A stretch of DNA of 64,000 nucleotides from Thermoplasmata archaeon (GTDB taxonomy: Archaea; Thermoplasmatota; Thermoplasmata; Lutacidiplasmatales; UBA184). The stretch spans positions 133,057-197,056 of the forward strand of contig DASZAJ010000002.1 of assembly GCA_035945215.1 (NCBI GenBank). Direction: 5' to 3'. The notes under the pieces are model-generated. The model was not told the DNA's origin and made no database searches. It worked only from the letters and a program-made list of their open reading frames with translations. How positions within the stretch are numbered: position 1 is the first letter of the stretch; the number at the start of each line of letters is the position of its first letter. The position numbers and the translations under genes were made by a program. Positions 36,446-46,112 of this stretch are shown here, one piece after another.

Positions 36446-39379
36446 ATGCGCCGTTCGACTGCGATCTTGGGAGCGGGCCTCATCGCCGCGCTGATGTTGC
36501 TTTCGCCATCGGGACTTTCGCACGTGGGTGGTTCCCCGAGGGCCACCAGTTCGCTGGTCGCGGACCTCGCGAAACCCTCGGTCTTCACGGGCGTGGTCAT
36601 CATTCTTCCGAACGGCACCGTGACCCCAGGGGGTGCGCCGATCTCGCAGGTCGGAAACACCTACGCCCTGACGGCGGGATTCGCGGGCCGGATCATCGAC
36701 CAGCGCAATGGAAGCACGCTGAACGGCGCCGGATTGACTCTGACGACGACCCCGGGAGGGTCGATCGCGGTGACCGTCCAAGGGGCCACGTCGGTCACCG
36801 TTACTGGGTTAACGATCGCGAACGATTCCTCCATCGGCGTTTACGTCACGGCCTCCAACTCGGTGGCCATCACTTCCGACTCGGCGACGGGTAAGGGCTT
36901 CGCCGTATACGCCGACAGCGTGGCCGGCCTGAATGTCAGCAACGACCTGTTCGGTAGCACCGGGGGGATCTATGTCGAGTATGGGACCGACCTGCTGGTC
37001 GCGTCGAACGCCCTGGCCCATTCCATCGAGGGGGTCTACGTCTCGGAGGTCGTCGGAGTGGTGATCCGGAACAACAACATCTCGTTCGTCACCGGGGCCG
37101 CCCTCGACGTCGAGTATTCCACCAACATTCAGATCTCGCAGAATTCCATGTACAACCTGGTGACCTACAACAAGGACCAGATGTACCTCGAAGATGACAA
37201 GGATTTGACGGTCACCTGGAACAACGGGAGCGCCGGGGAGTACCTCGTCTACGGAGAGTACCTATCCGCGACCTACATCGCGAACAATCACTTTCCCGGG
37301 GTCCTGTACTCCGGCTTCTACGTCGAGTACTCGACGAACCTGACCATCGACCGGAACTACATCCCGCACACCGGGACCTATGCCTTCTACGGATACGGCC
37401 TCACCGGATTCGCGTTCACGAACAACCAAGCCGACCATGCGGGCTCCGATGCGGTCTACGTGGAGTATGCGACGAACGGGGTGATCTCGCACAACAACCT
37501 GTCGTACTTCCGGGACGGCGGGGTCAATCCCGAGTACTCTTCGAACCTATCGATCACGTCGAACCAGATGTCGTACGCGGTGTCCACTGCCGGCGACGGA
37601 ATCTATACGTACGAGGACGGCCAGCTCCTCATCGCCTCGAACAACGCGTCGCACGACGAGTACGGATGGTTCGATGATGAGTCGTTCGGCGTCGTCGTCA
37701 CCGGCAACGACTTTTCGCATGCGAACGGCTCGGGCGACGCGATCTACGCCGAGTACGACGGGGGCCTTACGATCTCCAATGTCCAAGGATCGTACTGCTA
37801 CTACGGCCTGTATCTGTACTACGCGAGCGGGGTCACCGTCCGGAACTCCAACTTCGACCATACCGCCTCGGAGGCGGTCTACGCCTACGAGAGCACGAGC
37901 ATCGCCCTGACCAACATCGGGGCGAACGCTTCGGCCGACTACGCGGTCGACTTGGAATACTCTACCGACCTCGCGCTCTCGAACGTCTGGGCGGCGGTCG
38001 CAACGTCGTACACGGTGTATCTGTACGAGGACCAAGGAGTGACGATCGCCGGCGTCGATGCGGCCCAAGGGAACTACGGACTCTACGCGTGGTATGTCAC
38101 CTCCCTCACGGTCGTCTCGAGCAACTTCTCCCAGGACCACTACGGGATGTACCTGTACTACTCCTCGGGGCTCACGATCTCCGACAACAGCTTCTGGCTC
38201 GACAACTACTCCTTCGATTACGAGTCCAACAACGCGGGTGTCGTCTACCATAACAACTTCATCAACGACCGGGCTTGGATCGTCAGTTCTCCCCCCACGA
38301 CCTCGTTCGCCTGGGCGAACGGCTACCCGCAGGGCGGGAATTATTGGAGCAACTACACCGGCCTCGACACCAAGAGCGGCCCCGGCCAGAACCTTCCCGG
38401 CGCCGACCGCATCGGGGACACGCCCTACGCCCTCAACCCGGTGACCGCCGACCCGTACCCGCTGATGGGGGCGTGGGTCTCGCACACCCTCACGTTCACC
38501 GAAACGGGGCTGGCCAGCGGCGTCGGCTGGTCGGTCTCGGTCGATGGCCGGTCGGCGTCGACAAATACGAACGCCCTCGTGTTCCTCCAGGCCGACGGGG
38601 CGATCGCTCCGTTCCAGTACGCGGTCGCGACCGTCCCCGGCTACCACGTCTCGCCCGCCTCGGGCAGCGGGACGGAATCCGGCGCGAACCTTGCGATCGG
38701 GCTCGTGTTCACCCCGGTGAACTACACGGTCACGTTCACGGCGGCCGGCGTCGCGCCGACCTCGGTCTGGTCCGTGACGATCAACGGCCATACGACGACC
38801 GCGACGGGCCCGTCGTTGACCGTCAACGAGCCGAATGGGACGTTCACCTACACGGTCGTCAAGGGGTCGGATTATTCGATCACCCCGTCCCCGGGCTCCT
38901 TCACCGTCGTGGGCGCTCCGATGACCATCGCGCTCACAGCCAAGGAGATCCTGTACAACCTGACGTTCTCCGAAAGCGGGCTGAGCTCCGGGACGAGCTG
39001 GTCGGTGACCGTGAACGGCGTGACGAAGAGCTCCACGAGCGCCACGATCGTCTTCCAAGAGCCGAACGGGTCGTACTCGTATTCGGTCGGGTCCGTGAAC
39101 GGCTACTCGGTAACGCCGGCGCACGGGACGGCGAGCGTGGCGGGCGGGGCCGCGGTCTTCGCCGCCGCCTACGCGAATTCGGGCCTTACCGGCACGGCGC
39201 TCGCGCTGCTCGTCGGGTTGGTCCTGGTCCTGATCGCGGCGATCGCCGGTTGGGTGATGTACATGCGGGCCCGCAAGCCCAAGCCCCCGACCCCGATGAC
39301 GGGGGCGGTCCCGGCTTGGTCCGAAGGCCCGCCCAGCGCTCCGGCCCCGTCGGGCCCCACCCCGCCTCCCTCGCCCTGA
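36446..39379 (+). CDS. Giant surface protein: signal peptide, right-handed parallel beta-helix (PbH1) repeats, three C-terminal 'TGLxxG...NGTYxY' beta-sandwich modules, C-terminal TM
   Basis: Signal 'MRRSTAILGAGLIAALMLLSPSG'. Dozens of about 22-aa beta-helix rungs ('NNISFVTGAALDVEYSTNIQISQNSMYN', 'GVISHNNLSYFRDGGVNPEYSSNLSITSNQMSY'...). C-terminal 'FTETGLASGVGWSVSVDG', 'FTAAGVAPTSVWSVTINGHTTTATG', 'FSESGLSSGTSWSVTVNGVTKSST'. TM 'ALALLVGLVLVLIAAIAGWVMYMR'. Confidence 0.75.
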   Translation: MRRSTAILGAGLIAALMLLSPSGLSHVGGSPRATSSLVADLAKPSVFTGVVIILPNGTVTPGGAPISQVGNTYALTAGFAGRIIDQRNGSTLNGAGLTLTTTPGGSIAVTVQGATSVTVTGLTIANDSSIGVYVTASNSVAITSDSATGKGFAVYADSVAGLNVSNDLFGSTGGIYVEYGTDLLVASNALAHSIEGVYVSEVVGVVIRNNNISFVTGAALDVEYSTNIQISQNSMYNLVTYNKDQMYLEDDKDLTVTWNNGSAGEYLVYGEYLSATYIANNHFPGVLYSGFYVEYSTNLTIDRNYIPHTGTYAFYGYGLTGFAFTNNQADHAGSDAVYVEYATNGVISHNNLSYFRDGGVNPEYSSNLSITSNQMSYAVSTAGDGIYTYEDGQLLIASNNASHDEYGWFDDESFGVVVTGNDFSHANGSGDAIYAEYDGGLTISNVQGSYCYYGLYLYYASGVTVRNSNFDHTASEAVYAYESTSIALTNIGANASADYAVDLEYSTDLALSNVWAAVATSYTVYLYEDQGVTIAGVDAAQGNYGLYAWYVTSLTVVSSNFSQDHYGMYLYYSSGLTISDNSFWLDNYSFDYESNNAGVVYHNNFINDRAWIVSSPPTTSFAWANGYPQGGNYWSNYTGLDTKSGPGQNLPGADRIGDTPYALNPVTADPYPLMGAWVSHTLTFTETGLASGVGWSVSVDGRSASTNTNALVFLQADGAIAPFQYAVATVPGYHVSPASGSGTESGANLAIGLVFTPVNYTVTFTAAGVAPTSVWSVTINGHTTTATGPSLTVNEPNGTFTYTVVKGSDYSITPSPGSFTVVGAPMTIALTAKEILYNLTFSESGLSSGTSWSVTVNGVTKSSTSATIVFQEPNGSYSYSVGSVNGYSVTPAHGTASVAGGAAVFAAAYANSGLTGTALALLVGLVLVLIAAIAGWVMYMRARKPKPPTPMTGAVPAWSEGPPSAPAPSGPTPPPSP

Positions 39380-39502
39380 ACGAGCGTCGGAATCTGGCGA
39401 GGGGCCCTCGGGGGGGGAGCGGGTCGCACCGACCGGAGCGTTCGGCTACCTCGCCCATCGGATCCTCGGGGCGGAGGACGTACGGCGGATGGGGGCCCCG
39501 GG

Positions 39503-39784
39503 TCAGATCCGAGCCCCTACGATGTCCTCGATCCCCTTGCGAAGGAAGCCGAGGGCCGAGTATCCCGACGTCGTAAGGGCCACGTAGGTCTTGCCATCGT
39601 CGGCGGGCACGAACGTCACCAGGCCGCGGCCCTGGAGGAGCGCGAGGTAGCGTTCCAGTTGGGTGTAATTGATCCCCGCCGCCATCTGAAGCTGGGTGCG
39701 CTTTAAGGGTCGATCGCCCGGGGCGAGCACCTCCAGGATCCGGGCGACGACGAGAAGATCGGGATGGGCGGGCGGGTCGACCAT
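39503..39784 (-). CDS. Small winged-helix DNA-binding protein
   Basis: A 93-aa wHTH-like ORF 'TQLQMAAGINYTQLERYLALLQGRGLVTF'. The out-of-frame 696-aa ORF 39186..41276 over this region is Arg/Pro-rich noise. Confidence 0.5.
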   Translation of the reverse strand: MVDPPAHPDLLVVARILEVLAPGDRPLKRTQLQMAAGINYTQLERYLALLQGRGLVTFVPADDGKTYVALTTSGYSALGFLRKGIEDIVGARI

Positions 39785-39787
39785 CGA

Positions 39788-40549
39788 TCAGTACCGTCGC
39801 CAGAACTCCTGCTCGAGCGTGAGCAGTCGCCAGTTCAGGCTCGCGAGCCGGGCCGCGAGCGGATCCGTCTCGATCTTGCGGCCTTCCCGGACCACCCAAC
39901 GGTACCCGAGGATCGCGGCGGCGAGGGCGATCGCCATGACGCCGACCCAAGCCAGGATCGCCGGGCTCCCCGGAAAGATGCGGAGGAGCGACCACCCGGC
40001 GATCGCGCCGACCAGGACCACCATGATTGCATAGAACACCCCGACGACACTCGAAGTGCCACGGATCTTGGAGACCTGAGAATACGCTTCCCGTCCGCGC
40101 ATGAGCTCTCGGAGCGCGCCCGAGACCTGGAGGGGCAGCTTTCGGTCCGGATTCTCGATCCATCGAACCCAGGGCCACCGGCGCTGGAACGCCCGCAGGC
40201 GCTGCGGGAGGAAGATGTAGACGCCCGCGATCGCCACGAAGGCGAGCCCCAAGGGGGCCTCGAACCCCGGGAGATTCGATTCGGGGGTCGTCAGCGCGAG
40301 GAGGACATCTTCCACCCCGAGCAGGAGGAAGATCAGGCCGAGGAGTCGGAGGCTGACTAGGCGGGCCTTCTCGAGGGTAAGTAGGATCGAATCCGAGAGC
40401 GCCTTCGCCTCCGCGAGGAGAGAGGCGGACGCGGCGACGGGCGGAGGGGGCGGGGGGGGCACCCATCCTGGATGGAGCGGGGGAGGCGGCGGAAACGGGA
40501 CTGGGGTATCCGTCGGCCCCCCACCCGGAGCTTCGGAATCCCCTCGCAT
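39788..40549 (-). CDS. Hypothetical membrane protein (Pro-rich N-terminus, 4 TM)
   Basis: 'PFPPPPPLHPGWVPPPPPPPVAASASLLAEAKAL' followed by hydrophobic helices. Its stop is 4 nt from the wHTH gene start. Confidence 0.5.
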   Translation of the reverse strand: MRGDSEAPGGGPTDTPVPFPPPPPLHPGWVPPPPPPPVAASASLLAEAKALSDSILLTLEKARLVSLRLLGLIFLLLGVEDVLLALTTPESNLPGFEAPLGLAFVAIAGVYIFLPQRLRAFQRRWPWVRWIENPDRKLPLQVSGALRELMRGREAYSQVSKIRGTSSVVGVFYAIMVVLVGAIAGWSLLRIFPGSPAILAWVGVMAIALAAAILGYRWVVREGRKIETDPLAARLASLNWRLLTLEQEFWRRY

Positions 40550-40756
40550 GGTCGAACGAGGGAACCCCGATATTCAGTCCTTCCTCCGCGTAGTTGAGTA
40601 ATCTCGCGTCGGGAAGCCGTCGGCCGTGGGCGAGAGGGGGGATCGGGAGGAACCCCATACCCGCCGCCGTCCGGGCCGGGGATCGATACCATCGTGGGCG
40701 AATTGGGAATGGCGCGCCGGAGGCGCGCCCGACCCAGCGACCGGTTCGTCGCGCGG

Positions 40757-43120
40757 TTAGGTGCCCACGGGCCTCGACGGCCCCGGAGGGTCCTCGGGGG
40801 CCATCCACCTCATGGGGGAGGTCCAAACGGTCGGGCCGAAGCCCCCCCCGAGCAGGGCGATCCCGAGTACCGTGACGGGAAGGAACGCCAATGCGATCAG
40901 ATACGGGCTGACGGGGAACACCGCGGGCAGCTCGAAACCCAGGAGGAGACCGACGAACGGGTTCCAAGGGAGCAGGATCGCACCGATCTGGGTTCGCCGG
41001 ACCGAGGCGCGCACCGCGAGGGTCTCCGGCGAGCCCGTCCACCCTGAGGGCGGGGGCCGGCCGACGGCGGAGGCCATCGCGAGGTGGTAGAGGACCCGGA
41101 GCACGGCGAAGACGACCGTGGCGACCCCGAGCAGGATCCATTCGGGAGGAAGCGGCGGCGGGATCGAGCCCGCTTCCGATGCGGTCCCGTACGTAGGTGG
41201 GGTCCCGCTGACCAGGTCCCCGAACAAGACCAGGAGGAGGAACCCACCGGCCACCCAACTGCCGAAGGCCCACCACGCCGCGCGTTGTGCCGGCCCGACG
41301 TCGGATCCGCCCCCGTCGGGCGGGGACTCGCCGTACGACCTATCCAGCGAGACACCGTGCCGCCGGAGAAGGCGGGACCGGGCCGCGCCTAGGAACGGGA
41401 TGGTGAGCACGACCCCCAGGAAGACCCCGCCCACTGACGCCCATCCGAACAGCGATGGATCGACGCCGGGGCTGGGGAGAATCGAGAGCAGCGCCAGCGG
41501 GCTCCAGACGATGAGCCAGAGTCCGAGTCCACGGCGATAGGCGACCTGGATTCGGGCGCGCTCTTCTTCGTCCGAATCGGCCGGTGGGAAGCCCTTGGGC
41601 TCCGTGGGCAACCCCCTCGGTTCGTGGGGTCGGAGGCGACGGCGCGCGAGGGCCCATCCCGCCATCCAAAGCACCCCGACCCCCAGCATCAGGCCAGAGA
41701 ACCCGCCGATCCATCCGTGCGCGGCCGACGCGGAGGGGCTGTACGAATAGGCGGCCAGCCCCTGGGCCGAGGAACAGCCCGTGATGCAGACCGAGGTTCC
41801 TACCGCCGCCGGGCCCGCCGAGGGCGGTGGGGTGAAGTTGCCGCCCACCGGGTACCCCCCGTTCGGGTAACCACCGACCGGGCAGTTGTATCCGCACTGA
41901 TCGCCCGACGCCCCGATCGCCACCCACCAACCGCCGCCGTCGATGAGCGCCACGATCGGCAGGGTGGCGCTGGGGGGCGTCCACGGGGAGCCGAGCTGGA
42001 CGTGGCAACTGTGCGAGACCCCCAGTCGGGTCGTGTCGTAGCTCCAGCAGTCGACCCCCAGGCTGCCGGGGGTCGTCGCCGCGACCTCGACCGTCCCGCC
42101 GCCGAGCGGGACCAGAGAGACCACATTGGGGAGCGCGCCGACCGCGTTCCCGTCGGCTTGGAGCTGGTTGAACGGTAGCGCCGTGTAGGGTGGGGTGGTC
42201 AGCGGGATCAGATACGTCGGCGTAAGGATGTACGCGAGCGAATCCGAACTCCCCTGCAGGGTCCAGCTGGTCGGGGCCGGCAGGATCGTCGTCAATGTGA
42301 ATCCGGGAGGGCCTCCGGTGGGCAACGTCCAAAGCCATAGCTGCGAACTGCCGTTGGCGATCGATTCCAATCCGAACGCTAGGACGAGCCCTTGGTCGCC
42401 CGGTGCGATCTCCAATCCCTCCGGCAGGGGGATCGAATCCCCGGCGGCGAGGATCGGTTGGGCGGCGGTCCACGTGCGGCCTGCATCGCCACTCGTCACC
42501 GCCTCGACCGTCCCCACGCGTTCCCCGCAGCTCGTCGACGCGCCGAGCCATGCGATGGCGGCGCTCGACCCGACGATACCGGCCTGCAGGGAGGTCACGC
42601 TCAGGTTGGCGGTCACGAACGTCGAGGTCGACCACGTGGCGCCGCCGTCCGGGCTCGAAGCCAGGAGAACGGTCGAGTTCTGGGCGCACGACGCCAAGAA
42701 GGGCGTGGCCGGGGGCTGGAGGAGGCCTCCCCCGAAGGCGGCGCCTCCGCTCGAGGCCGCCAGGACGAGATTCGACCCGTCGACGGCGACGGCGGCGTGG
42801 GTCCACGGAGCCCCGCTCGCCACGATCGAATAGGGCACCGGGTTCGCCCTCCAGTCGACCCCGCGATCCGTGCTCCGCTCCAGGAGCACCGACCCGGAGT
42901 TCTCGCTGGCCGCGTACAAGGTGTCGCCCGATTCCGCCAGCGCGAAGAAGGAGCCGGAGGTCGCCAGCGTCGCCACCCTCGTCGCGGGGGATCCGGCGTT
43001 GACGACCGCGACGGTCAACCCCCCGAGGACCAGGACCACGGCGATCGTCAGGTGAACGGCGAGCCCGGGGGGGCCGTCCGGACTCAGCCGTCGCATCCAT
43101 CCTCGGGTCGCACCGGACAT
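40757..43120 (-). CDS. BNR/Asp-box repeat (sialidase-like beta-propeller) extracellular domain fused to a C-terminal polytopic (about 7 TM) membrane domain
   Basis: Asp-box motifs 'STDRGVDWRA', 'SPDGGATWSTS', 'SGDAGRTWTAA' (SxDxGxTW). An N-terminal TM/signal; a C-terminal 330 aa with about seven hydrophobic helices. Confidence 0.7.
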   Translation of the reverse strand: MSGATRGWMRRLSPDGPPGLAVHLTIAVVLVLGGLTVAVVNAGSPATRVATLATSGSFFALAESGDTLYAASENSGSVLLERSTDRGVDWRANPVPYSIVASGAPWTHAAVAVDGSNLVLAASSGGAAFGGGLLQPPATPFLASCAQNSTVLLASSPDGGATWSTSTFVTANLSVTSLQAGIVGSSAAIAWLGASTSCGERVGTVEAVTSGDAGRTWTAAQPILAAGDSIPLPEGLEIAPGDQGLVLAFGLESIANGSSQLWLWTLPTGGPPGFTLTTILPAPTSWTLQGSSDSLAYILTPTYLIPLTTPPYTALPFNQLQADGNAVGALPNVVSLVPLGGGTVEVAATTPGSLGVDCWSYDTTRLGVSHSCHVQLGSPWTPPSATLPIVALIDGGGWWVAIGASGDQCGYNCPVGGYPNGGYPVGGNFTPPPSAGPAAVGTSVCITGCSSAQGLAAYSYSPSASAAHGWIGGFSGLMLGVGVLWMAGWALARRRLRPHEPRGLPTEPKGFPPADSDEEERARIQVAYRRGLGLWLIVWSPLALLSILPSPGVDPSLFGWASVGGVFLGVVLTIPFLGAARSRLLRRHGVSLDRSYGESPPDGGGSDVGPAQRAAWWAFGSWVAGGFLLLVLFGDLVSGTPPTYGTASEAGSIPPPLPPEWILLGVATVVFAVLRVLYHLAMASAVGRPPPSGWTGSPETLAVRASVRRTQIGAILLPWNPFVGLLLGFELPAVFPVSPYLIALAFLPVTVLGIALLGGGFGPTVWTSPMRWMAPEDPPGPSRPVGT

Positions 43121-43147
43121 CCTGAGTGGGGTCCCCCCGTCCCTCCT

Positions 43148-43864
43148 CTACAGCATGTGACGCAACGGGTCGGCCGGATCGGAGGTCGGCGCGGGTGGAC
43201 TCGGCCCGACGCTCGCGCTAGGGTCGGAAGGGGGCATGTTCGGACCCTGAGGGATAGGGGGCAACGGGCCCCGGGGTCGCTTCGCGATCGCCACCCCGGC
43301 GGCGAGAATGGTCACTACCAACGCGACCACGATCAGGATCGAGAGGAATGGGATCGGAACGGCCGAGGTGGCCGCCGCCCCCCCGCCCGAGCTGCCCGCC
43401 GAGGGAGGCTGAGCCTGGGGGTTCCAGATCAAGTGGACTGCTACCGGGGACCCCGAGACGGTGAAGGAGCCGTTCACGTAGCCGCCCGGGACGCCGTTCG
43501 CCCCGCGACCCGTGGGAGCGTATGCCGAGTAGGAGTACGAGCCGTTCGCCTCGAGCAGGGTTAGGGAGCGGTTGGTGGTCGTCCACACTCCCCCCTGGAC
43601 GGTAAGATTCCAGACGGCGCCGGTCGAGAGTCCATCCGCGGTAAAGGTCACCCCGTATCTGGCCGAGGTAGCGACCGACCCTCCCGACGCGGCCGGCGCA
43701 CCCTCGCTGGTAGCCACCAGCGTGGGCCCTAGGGCCACCGCCACCAGGGCCAACGTGAAGGCGAGTCGAAGGGCGAATCCCACGGATCGACGAGACCCCG
43801 CCCATCCGTTCCCGACGAGGGGCGGATCACCCATGAACGTCAGAAAGGCGGCGGCGGCCATCAA
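43148..43864 (-). CDS. Small secreted protein with one 'GLSTGAVWNLTV...NGSYSY' beta-sandwich module and C-terminal TM anchor
   Basis: Signal/TM 'FALRLAFTLALVAVALGPTLVATSEGAPA'. The module 'VTFTADGLSTGAVWNLTVQGGVWTTTNRSLTLLEANGSYSYSAY'. C-terminal 'IPFLSILIVVALVVTILAAGVAIAKRPRG'. Confidence 0.6.
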   Translation of the reverse strand: MMAAAAFLTFMGDPPLVGNGWAGSRRSVGFALRLAFTLALVAVALGPTLVATSEGAPAASGGSVATSARYGVTFTADGLSTGAVWNLTVQGGVWTTTNRSLTLLEANGSYSYSAYAPTGRGANGVPGGYVNGSFTVSGSPVAVHLIWNPQAQPPSAGSSGGGAAATSAVPIPFLSILIVVALVVTILAAGVAIAKRPRGPLPPIPQGPNMPPSDPSASVGPSPPAPTSDPADPLRHML

Positions 43865-43927
43865 CCCGTCGACAAGTTATCGTGGCAGAGTTGTACACCT
43901 CGGGGTCCGGTCGGGTCGGTCCACGCT

Positions 43928-44938
43928 GTGCGAGAGCTCACGATCGCCGAGTACCGGACCATGCTCGCCATCCTGACGAATCCGAGGGCGACCGAACGGG
44001 AACGGATCCGCCGCTCCGGCCTTCCCAGCTCCACGTACAACGTGGCCCGCCGGAGGGTCTACGCCCAGGGTTGGCTGCGCGACCTCCTGGTCCCGAACCC
44101 CGGACCGTGCGGCTTCGCGGGGGTCGAGCTCCGGCTGGCCCGCCCCTCCCGTTCGGTCCGGGAGGAGTTCCTGCGGACCTGGGCGGACGACCCGGAGTGC
44201 GTTCTATTGTGGGCCGGCCTCCACGCGGCCCTCGGGATCTTCATGCGTTCGGGCCCGGTCGGCGTGGCCCAACGAGCGGACCCCGACGGGGTTCCGGGGG
44301 GAACGGTCCAGGTCGGCGCCGGCCACGGTTCGTTGCCAGTCTACTTTGACTACTCCGGCCTTTGGGCGCGCTTTGGCGGCACACCGGCGCCCGCCGGATA
44401 TCCCGCGGGCCTCGATGCCGAATCCCGGCCGGCGACCCGTCGAGCGCTGGCCTCGGCCACTGGCCTGTTGCAAGCCGGTCCGGCCGACTCGACGGACCGA
44501 CCGCGATGGACGAACCTCCTCCGACTCCCGCGATCTCCGCGCCGTGCCCTCGAGGAAGGGACCGTGCAGTCGCGAACGGTCCTCGACGTCCTTCACCTTC
44601 CGGCGTTCCGGGATCGGCGCCTCGGGGAGGTCGTCCTCATCGAGGGCCGGCTCCGCCCGGCCGCGACCGCTCCACGCTTGCTGAACTCGTTGACCCATGA
44701 CTGCGGCGTTTTCCCGTTCCTGTTGGCGGCCTCGGAGGACCGATTAATCATGGCCGGGGTCGGACAGACGAGCGCTACGGGCCCCGGCCGCATCCCGGTC
44801 CCCTCGGCGCGACGCTCGGTAATGGGCACGCTCACCGCCGCGATGGACCCGGCGGAGGTCCTCATCGAACCGGTCGAGGCGATCGAGGAGATTGTGCCCC
44901 ACCGGTATCCGATGCGCCTTCCGGCGCTCGGTGGTTGA
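43928..44938 (+). CDS. Hypothetical protein, paralogue of 8457..9491
   Basis: See the shared blocks listed for 8457..9491. It is convergent with the integrase gene and ends 40 nt from it. Confidence 0.5.
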   Translation: MRELTIAEYRTMLAILTNPRATERERIRRSGLPSSTYNVARRRVYAQGWLRDLLVPNPGPCGFAGVELRLARPSRSVREEFLRTWADDPECVLLWAGLHAALGIFMRSGPVGVAQRADPDGVPGGTVQVGAGHGSLPVYFDYSGLWARFGGTPAPAGYPAGLDAESRPATRRALASATGLLQAGPADSTDRPRWTNLLRLPRSPRRALEEGTVQSRTVLDVLHLPAFRDRRLGEVVLIEGRLRPAATAPRLLNSLTHDCGVFPFLLAASEDRLIMAGVGQTSATGPGRIPVPSARRSVMGTLTAAMDPAEVLIEPVEAIEEIVPHRYPMRLPALGG

Positions 44939-44980
44939 ATCCCCGGGCGATCTCGATCAACGGAACTGCGCCCGCGAGGA

Positions 44981-46012
44981 TCAAACGGGACCGTGCGGGC
45001 GACGGGGGCTCGGCGATCGCCCGTCCTCCGACGCTCGGCGCGGCGGCAGGCGGGACTCCTCGAACCTCGCGCCTTGGCCGGGCCATCGGACCGATTCCGC
45101 GAACTGGACGAGGGCCCGGGCCTGCCGAGCGGGATTCGATTCGAGATACTTCATCGTGGTCGCCAGGTTCTCGTGCCGCAGGAAACCCTGCAAGACCCGG
45201 TAGATCCCATCGGGCGCGGAACCCGGTGCGGCCAGCAACGCCTCCTCGAGCAGGGTCGCCCCGCTCCGACGGAACATGTGCGACGATAGTTTCGCCGGGC
45301 TCCCGGCCCGCTCCAATCGACGCTCGATCCGGTGTACGAGCAGGTCCAGTCCCGCGAGCGAGTAGGACGAGAGGCCGTTCGCCGATCGATGGATGAGGAC
45401 TTCGTTCGGGAGGACGGCCCCGGGGTGGCGCTTTCGCGCGGCCTCCACGAGCCGGGCGCGGCGCGCGGCGTACCGCTCGAACGTGGCGAGGAACGAGGGG
45501 TGGAGGGCGACCCACTGCAGCTTGGGCCGGCTGCGTCCCTTGCCGCGGACGAGCAGCCGGCGGCCGTCGAGGTCGATGTCGTCCATCTGCATCCGTTGCC
45601 ACTCGACGCGTCGTAGGCCCTGGCCGAGGCCGAGGAAGGCGATGAAAGCCAGGAGCGGATCGTCCCGGGTCTCCCGAACGATCGCCTCAACCTGCGATCG
45701 GGACAGCCAGCGAACGTGGGTCGGAGCGGGCGTCGGTGGGATCCCGGCCTCCCGAAGCATCTGATTGCCGGAGGCCCGGCCGAAATCGGAGAGGACGCTC
45801 AGGTCCCAATGCCGGTCATGGACCAACTGGCGGATGCGTTGGGCGTCGCGCAACGACCATCGGGCCGGGTTGGTCGGGCGCCGTTCCGATCGCAGCGCCT
45901 CCAGGACCGACCCCACGATAGCGCGGTAGCGGTGGAGGGTGCGGGGGACTAGATTGCGCGCGACCTTCGATCGCATCCAGCGTTCGAGCGCGGGGAATCG
46001 GTGGGCGGGCAC
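44981..46012 (-). CDS. Tyrosine recombinase / phage-type integrase (XerC/D-like)
   Basis: The C-terminal catalytic domain has R ('RLLVRGKGRSRPKLQWVALHPSF'), 'LSSHMFRRSGATLL' (HxxR) and 'GFLRHENLATTMKYL' (catalytic Tyr in the TMKY context), plus an N-terminal SAM-like domain. Confidence 0.75.
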   Translation of the reverse strand: MPAHRFPALERWMRSKVARNLVPRTLHRYRAIVGSVLEALRSERRPTNPARWSLRDAQRIRQLVHDRHWDLSVLSDFGRASGNQMLREAGIPPTPAPTHVRWLSRSQVEAIVRETRDDPLLAFIAFLGLGQGLRRVEWQRMQMDDIDLDGRRLLVRGKGRSRPKLQWVALHPSFLATFERYAARRARLVEAARKRHPGAVLPNEVLIHRSANGLSSYSLAGLDLLVHRIERRLERAGSPAKLSSHMFRRSGATLLEEALLAAPGSAPDGIYRVLQGFLRHENLATTMKYLESNPARQARALVQFAESVRWPGQGARFEESRLPPRRASEDGRSPSPRRPHGPV

Positions 46013-46112
46013 CCGGTGAAGTCGTTCGCGGGGCTCATGGGGGCTTGGGTCCCGATGGAGGATGAACGCTGGGGCCGCGGCGGCGGCCCTTTCGGCGCCC
46101 GGACGGAGCCGT

